Assembly (NCBI GenBank): GCA_008632985.1
Contig: QPGO01000002.1
Coordinates: 868,001-932,000 of the forward strand
Direction of reading: 5' to 3'
Source: Psammoneis japonica
Taxonomy: Eukaryota
DNA length: 64,000 nt
This document shows, one piece after another, positions 62,880-64,000 of this stretch. The notes beneath the pieces were generated by a model. The model ran no database searches. It was given only the letters and a program-made list of their open reading frames with translations, and was not told where the DNA came from. Made by a program: the position numbers and the translations under genes. Position 1 is the first letter of the stretch. Every line of letters starts with the position of its first letter.

Positions 62880-64000
62880 CACCAAAAACCGAGGGTTACG
62901 GAAGCGCACTTTTGGCAGCTCTTTTCTCCGCACAAAAAACACGCGTTTTGACGACTCGACCATGATGATGCCTCGTGGTTCTTCCCCATCGCCTTCCCAG
63001 GACGCCGATCCTGCTGATGCCATTGCCAATGACACTGATGCAACAGGTGATGTCATCATTTCTCGTGGGTGTGACACATGCAAAAATGCACCACTTGAAA
63101 CCTTGCCAAGTCGCCTGCAAACAAGTGCCAATTCGCTGACCTCTCCAACTTGAAACTAAAAAATGTGAAAGCATGCCTGCCATCCAATTGTTGTCAGGTT
63201 TCTAATGCACAGAGAGAGAGCCACACAGTGTGTCTGCACATTCTAAAAATTAGACTGCACTCGAGCGCCAACCAAGCGTCGCCATTCATGTCCATCGATG
63301 TGTCATCCATCAGCAGGCCGTGGTTGCCTGGGTTTCCTGGTCTGCCGTCATCCATTGTGCTCCTTCCAAAGCAAAAACAATGACAGTGTCAACAGCACCT
63401 GTGGCAGTGAGGGCAGGAGTGACAGCATCGGGCATGCCAGGGGACCGAGATGCGGGCACGGCTTTGGAGTTCGTGATGGCATCTGTGGGAGGCAGTGGGG
63501 CGAGAATGAAAGAAGTGTGAGTTGTCAGCATTTCATTGTGGATGTCATTGGCAAAAGACAATGACAGTGTCAACAGCACCTGCGGCAGCAAGGGCAGGAG
63601 CAACAGTGTCGGGCATGCTGGGGGCCCGAAACGCAGGTGCGGCTTTGGAGTTCGTGACAGCATCTGTGGGAGGCGGCAGAGCGTGCAAACAACAGTGTGC
63701 AATTCCACAAGAGGCCACTCTTGCCATTTGAATTCTACACATGATGTGCAACATGCTGTTTTTGCAAGTTGCTAAAACAGAGGCAGGTGGCAACGTGCTT
63801 TTGGCAAATGCTCGCTGTGTTTGTCACTGTCAGACCTTCAAAACCGGTGCCATGTCAACAGCTGTGCTGCCACTTTGCATGCTGGCACCTTCTCTGCCCA
63901 CATTCCATTGGCTACGTCCTCCTTCACATGTTGCTGTGGTTGTGTTTGTGCAAGTTTCCTGGTCCGCCATCATCCATTGTGCTCCTTCCAAAGCAAAAAC
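62880..64000. mobile_element. TpA-depleted island F (runs off the window)
   Basis: TA loss with CA/TG excess; internal repeats. Confidence 0.65.
63371..63683. repeat. Two ~130-bp direct repeats (period ~181); leader of a further copy at ~63968-64000
   Basis: acaatgacagtgtcaacagcacctg at 63377 and 63558; catccattgtgctccttccaaagcaaaaac at ~63349 and ~63971. Confidence 0.85.

Noticed and set aside
1420..64000. Classical RIP or CpG deamination alone as the cause of island composition
   Set aside because: RIP enriches TpA; CpG decay cannot remove TA, convert Tyr codons or alter TTAA, and CG is retained in part of the TA-depleted DNA

Overview
Eukaryotic nuclear DNA, most likely a diatom (RedCAP, bipartite plastid-targeting peptides, short GT-AG introns, a WUGHC PDI-like selenoprotein). 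About 13 host genes are present: a secreted Cys-rich protein, a HAD hydrolase, RedCAP, a TPP-enzyme-like protein, a giant PDZ/PHD protein, LETM1, an IQ-repeat protein, a sulfatase, two membrane proteins, the selenoprotein, a mitochondrial carrier and an LRR-Roc-COR-TIR protein. Several carry single-base frameshifts that look like assembly errors. They alternate with six sharply bounded transposon-derived islands (roughly a third of the window) from which the dinucleotide TpA has almost vanished, replaced by CpA/TpG. Three internal controls point to TA as the ancestral state: (i) a 17-bp terminal inverted repeat pair differs only by three TA>CA changes; (ii) the presumed TTAA target sites of a piggyBac-like MITE read TCAA and TTGA; (iii) a 741-codon Plavaka-type transposase frame retains one Tyr, with His/Cys at expected Tyr positions. 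This suggests a transposon-targeted TpA transition hypermutation, opposite in direction to fungal RIP and separable from CpG decay. A sequencing or base-modification artefact must still be excluded. Family assignments come from motif recognition by eye, not database searches, and island boundaries are approximate.
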